Of a stretch of 64,000 nt of DNA, positions 61,619 through 64,000 are shown in pieces. Each line of letters starts with the position of its first letter. Position 1 is the first letter of the stretch. This DNA is from Sphaerodactylus townsendi (lineage: Eukaryota): assembly GCF_021028975.2 (NCBI RefSeq), contig NC_059433.1:96348001-96412000 (forward strand), read 5' to 3'. The position numbers were made by a program, and so were the translations under genes. Below the pieces are notes generated by a model. The model had not been told where the DNA came from. It was given only the letters and a program-made list of their open reading frames with translations, and made no database searches.

Positions 61619-62139
61619 TCTGGGTCTATTAAACCCAAATCTGAAAAATGATTATTTTTTGCCCACTAACTTTCAGATTTAGAAGGACATTGCTGTGCAC
61701 CAAGGGTGCTCATTACCAAACTGATTCTACTGTATAGTCACTGATGGTCTATTTAGAGCACAGTTTTCATCACTCTTGATTGCGCAGTTTGCCACTCATC
61801 CCTAGCTATTAGGAGCAACCTGTCCTATCCCTGCCAAACTAGTTATACCCTAAGCAGTACATGACCAGACCTAATTAATCTGTTCCCTACAGATAGGGAA
61901 AAACCCAACAATTCCTGCTCATTCTTAAGTGGCAGCATGATATTCAAGGGGGTGGGTTGACATCAGACAACAAAAGCTTGCTAGGTGCAGTTGAAGCTTA
62001 ACTATAAAGACCCTACCTTGTATCTTGCCCTTGGATAGCAACTGTTCAACTGACCAATTTACATTACCTTTTTTGCAGCGAAGACCTCATTTCTCAGTTT
62101 CACATCTGTCCATTGGAGGTTCATTCTGAGAGTTATTGG

Positions 62140-62955
62140 TCTATTCTGCACAGCACAAATAAGATGTCCTGAGGATGGGGAAAAAGACATCTCCCCATAG
62201 CTTTCCCCCCCAAGATGTCCTCAGAATGCCTTATTTCAGCTTGAACCTTTTTTTGGAAGTTGTGAAAATTTGGACTTTTTTCCTGAAGTCATCTGCAAGT
62301 CATCTCCTGCTTCCTATGTGGAGTTCAGGAGCTGAGGAGACGTCTTATTTTTTCCACCAAACGGTTAAAGCTCTCTGGTCAGTTTCGTCTGTGGCTCACA
62401 CCTGACATTTTATGCTGTTGCACAGATTCTCCATGCCTGCAGCTTTTTGCTTCAGGTTTCTCTGGGACATTTGTTCTGCAGGTTCCACTGCAAGGTGCCT
62501 TTTCTACCTGCAAAGTACATGGTTGTACTCAGTTCATCCTGCCAATTCCAGCAATATATAGTTTCCCCTTTTTTAAAGTTTTTGATGAGCTGTCTTCAAA
62601 GATACACAGACACAATTTCAGAATCCATGCTGATTTTCATATCGTGTCTTCATGCTTTCAAAGACAGCTCATCAAAAATAAAAAAGGAAAAACTATATAT
62701 TGCCAGAATCGACAGGATAAGCTGTATACAACCATGCATTTTTCAAGATGAAAAGGCACCCAGTATTGGAGTCTGCAGAGCAAACATCCGGGATAACCTT
62801 CACCAAATAGCTGCACGAATGGAGAATCCTTGCCACACAAAATGTCAAGCATGAAAGTTTTAAACTTGGGCAGGAGGAAATGGCAGGCATGGGGAAATTA
62901 GGAAGTGGCTTTTTTAAAGATGTCCCCAGGACATCTTATTTGTGCTGTGCATAAT
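62140..62955. mobile_element. Long fold-back MITE (Harbinger-like ends)
   Basis: 33-bp TIR ATTCTGCACAGCACAAATAAGATGTCCTGAGGA / TCCCCAGGACATCTTATTTGTGCTGTGCATAAT. Inner arms ~62400-62602 and ~62656-62850 are inverted. Confidence 0.8.
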
Positions 62956-63861
62956 GGATCACTGACATCTAATTACCTCTTATCTTCTACCTGTGCACTT
63001 GATGAACTCCTTAAGTAGACACGTTTTGCTGGAGCCCAAATTCCTTTTTCCATCAAATAAACTATTCATACATCTACTTCACACTTCCTAGAACAAGTTA
63101 CAACAATATTTAACATATGGAACTTAGAAACTTCTTATGAAATGGTAGTTATGCAGTATTTTTTCTTTTCGCAGGGAGAAATAGCAAAGCAATATCCCTG
63201 TGACAGATGCTTGGTTAAAAGTGATCTTCTTGAAGTTCAGAACTTTTATCTTGACATTTGTGATCCTCAGCAAGCACACCAATGTACTTCTCTAAAATGA
63301 TGGTGTGATGTCCCATCCTTCTCATGAAGTCTTTGTATCTACAAAAGGTCATGCTACAATAAACTGGCTATTCTCTGAGGTGTACTTTTTGTTGAAATAT
63401 TTCTGCAACATTAATGTAAAGTAATCTTTTTCAAAGATATACTGATAATGTGTTAGAACATGACTCTTTAAGCTCTAATGCATGGACCATCCTGTGTTGT
63501 GCCTAATACTTTTACCATGTATCATCTTTATTTCACATCCCACATCCCAATAGGTTGTCAGGAAATGTGCTTGGTGAGAAGCTTGATATTTCAGCTGCCA
63601 AGAAGGTTGTAAGGTGCCAACAATCTCTGCAGCTGAATTGATCTTTTGAGGGCTAATCTAATGTCCATTAGTTATGGAAACTGATATTTGTGTAGGAAAA
63701 TGGGTTTTAAGAGTATGAGAAGACTTGTAACCAAAAACTTGCTCAGTCTGAAGACTTTGCATTAAACTAATGGACTTGAATGAGTTGCTATGAAAAATGA
63801 AAAAATGAAAGTAAAGGATGTGAGGATGGAAGATGAAAATTTCCTTTCCTATTGGAAAGAA

Positions 63862-64000
63862 GAAGATTTGGATTTTATACCCTGCTGTTCTCTACGTGTT
63901 AGGAGTCTCAAAGGGGCTTACAATCACCTTTCCTTCCCCTCCCCACAATAGACACCTTGTTAGGTAGGTGGGCCAATAGAGTTCTGAGAGAATTGTGACT
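63862..64000 (-). mobile_element. MIR/Squam3-like SINE, cut by the window end
   Basis: TTTGGATTTTATACCCTGC...GGCTTACAATCACCTTTCCTTCCCCTCCCCACAATAGACACCTTGTTAGGTAGGTGG. Confidence 0.75.

Noticed and set aside
62447-62890. 135-aa ORF with a mirror ORF on the opposite strand
   Set aside because: Explained by the palindromic MITE.

Overview
This is AT-rich vertebrate nuclear DNA with four short assembly gaps. The repeat content (CR1, RTE-X, BovB-like RTE, Penelope, 5S-derived SINEs, MIR/Squam-type SINEs, hAT/Harbinger/Tc-mariner MITEs) points to a squamate reptile, most likely a gecko-like lizard; that assignment is an inference. No complete protein-coding gene is present, and nearly all ORFs in the track are spurious or transposon-derived. 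The window appears to hold the 3' ends of two convergent host genes that I could not name. One is a weakly supported + strand 3'UTR around 13.7-15.7 kb. The other is a - strand gene with a well-defined internal exon at 61221-61405 and a terminal exon starting at 35235. The most interesting structures are: (1) an internally deleted Maverick/Polinton relic at 45982-49631, with AGTAGT/ACTACT termini, ~530-bp TIRs sharing an invariant octamer block, a protein-primed PolB fragment and remnants of an apparently spliced Cys/His accessory gene; (2) two fold-back Penelope-derived mini-elements with TSDs that carry minimal hammerhead ribozyme motifs; (3) a Penelope copy interrupted by an inverted, locally templated copy of its own flank and by a CpG-rich, promoter-bearing LTR/DIRS-like insert bounded by a CAA trinucleotide; (4) several nested insertions and long palindromic MITEs. 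All calls were made by eye, without database searches.
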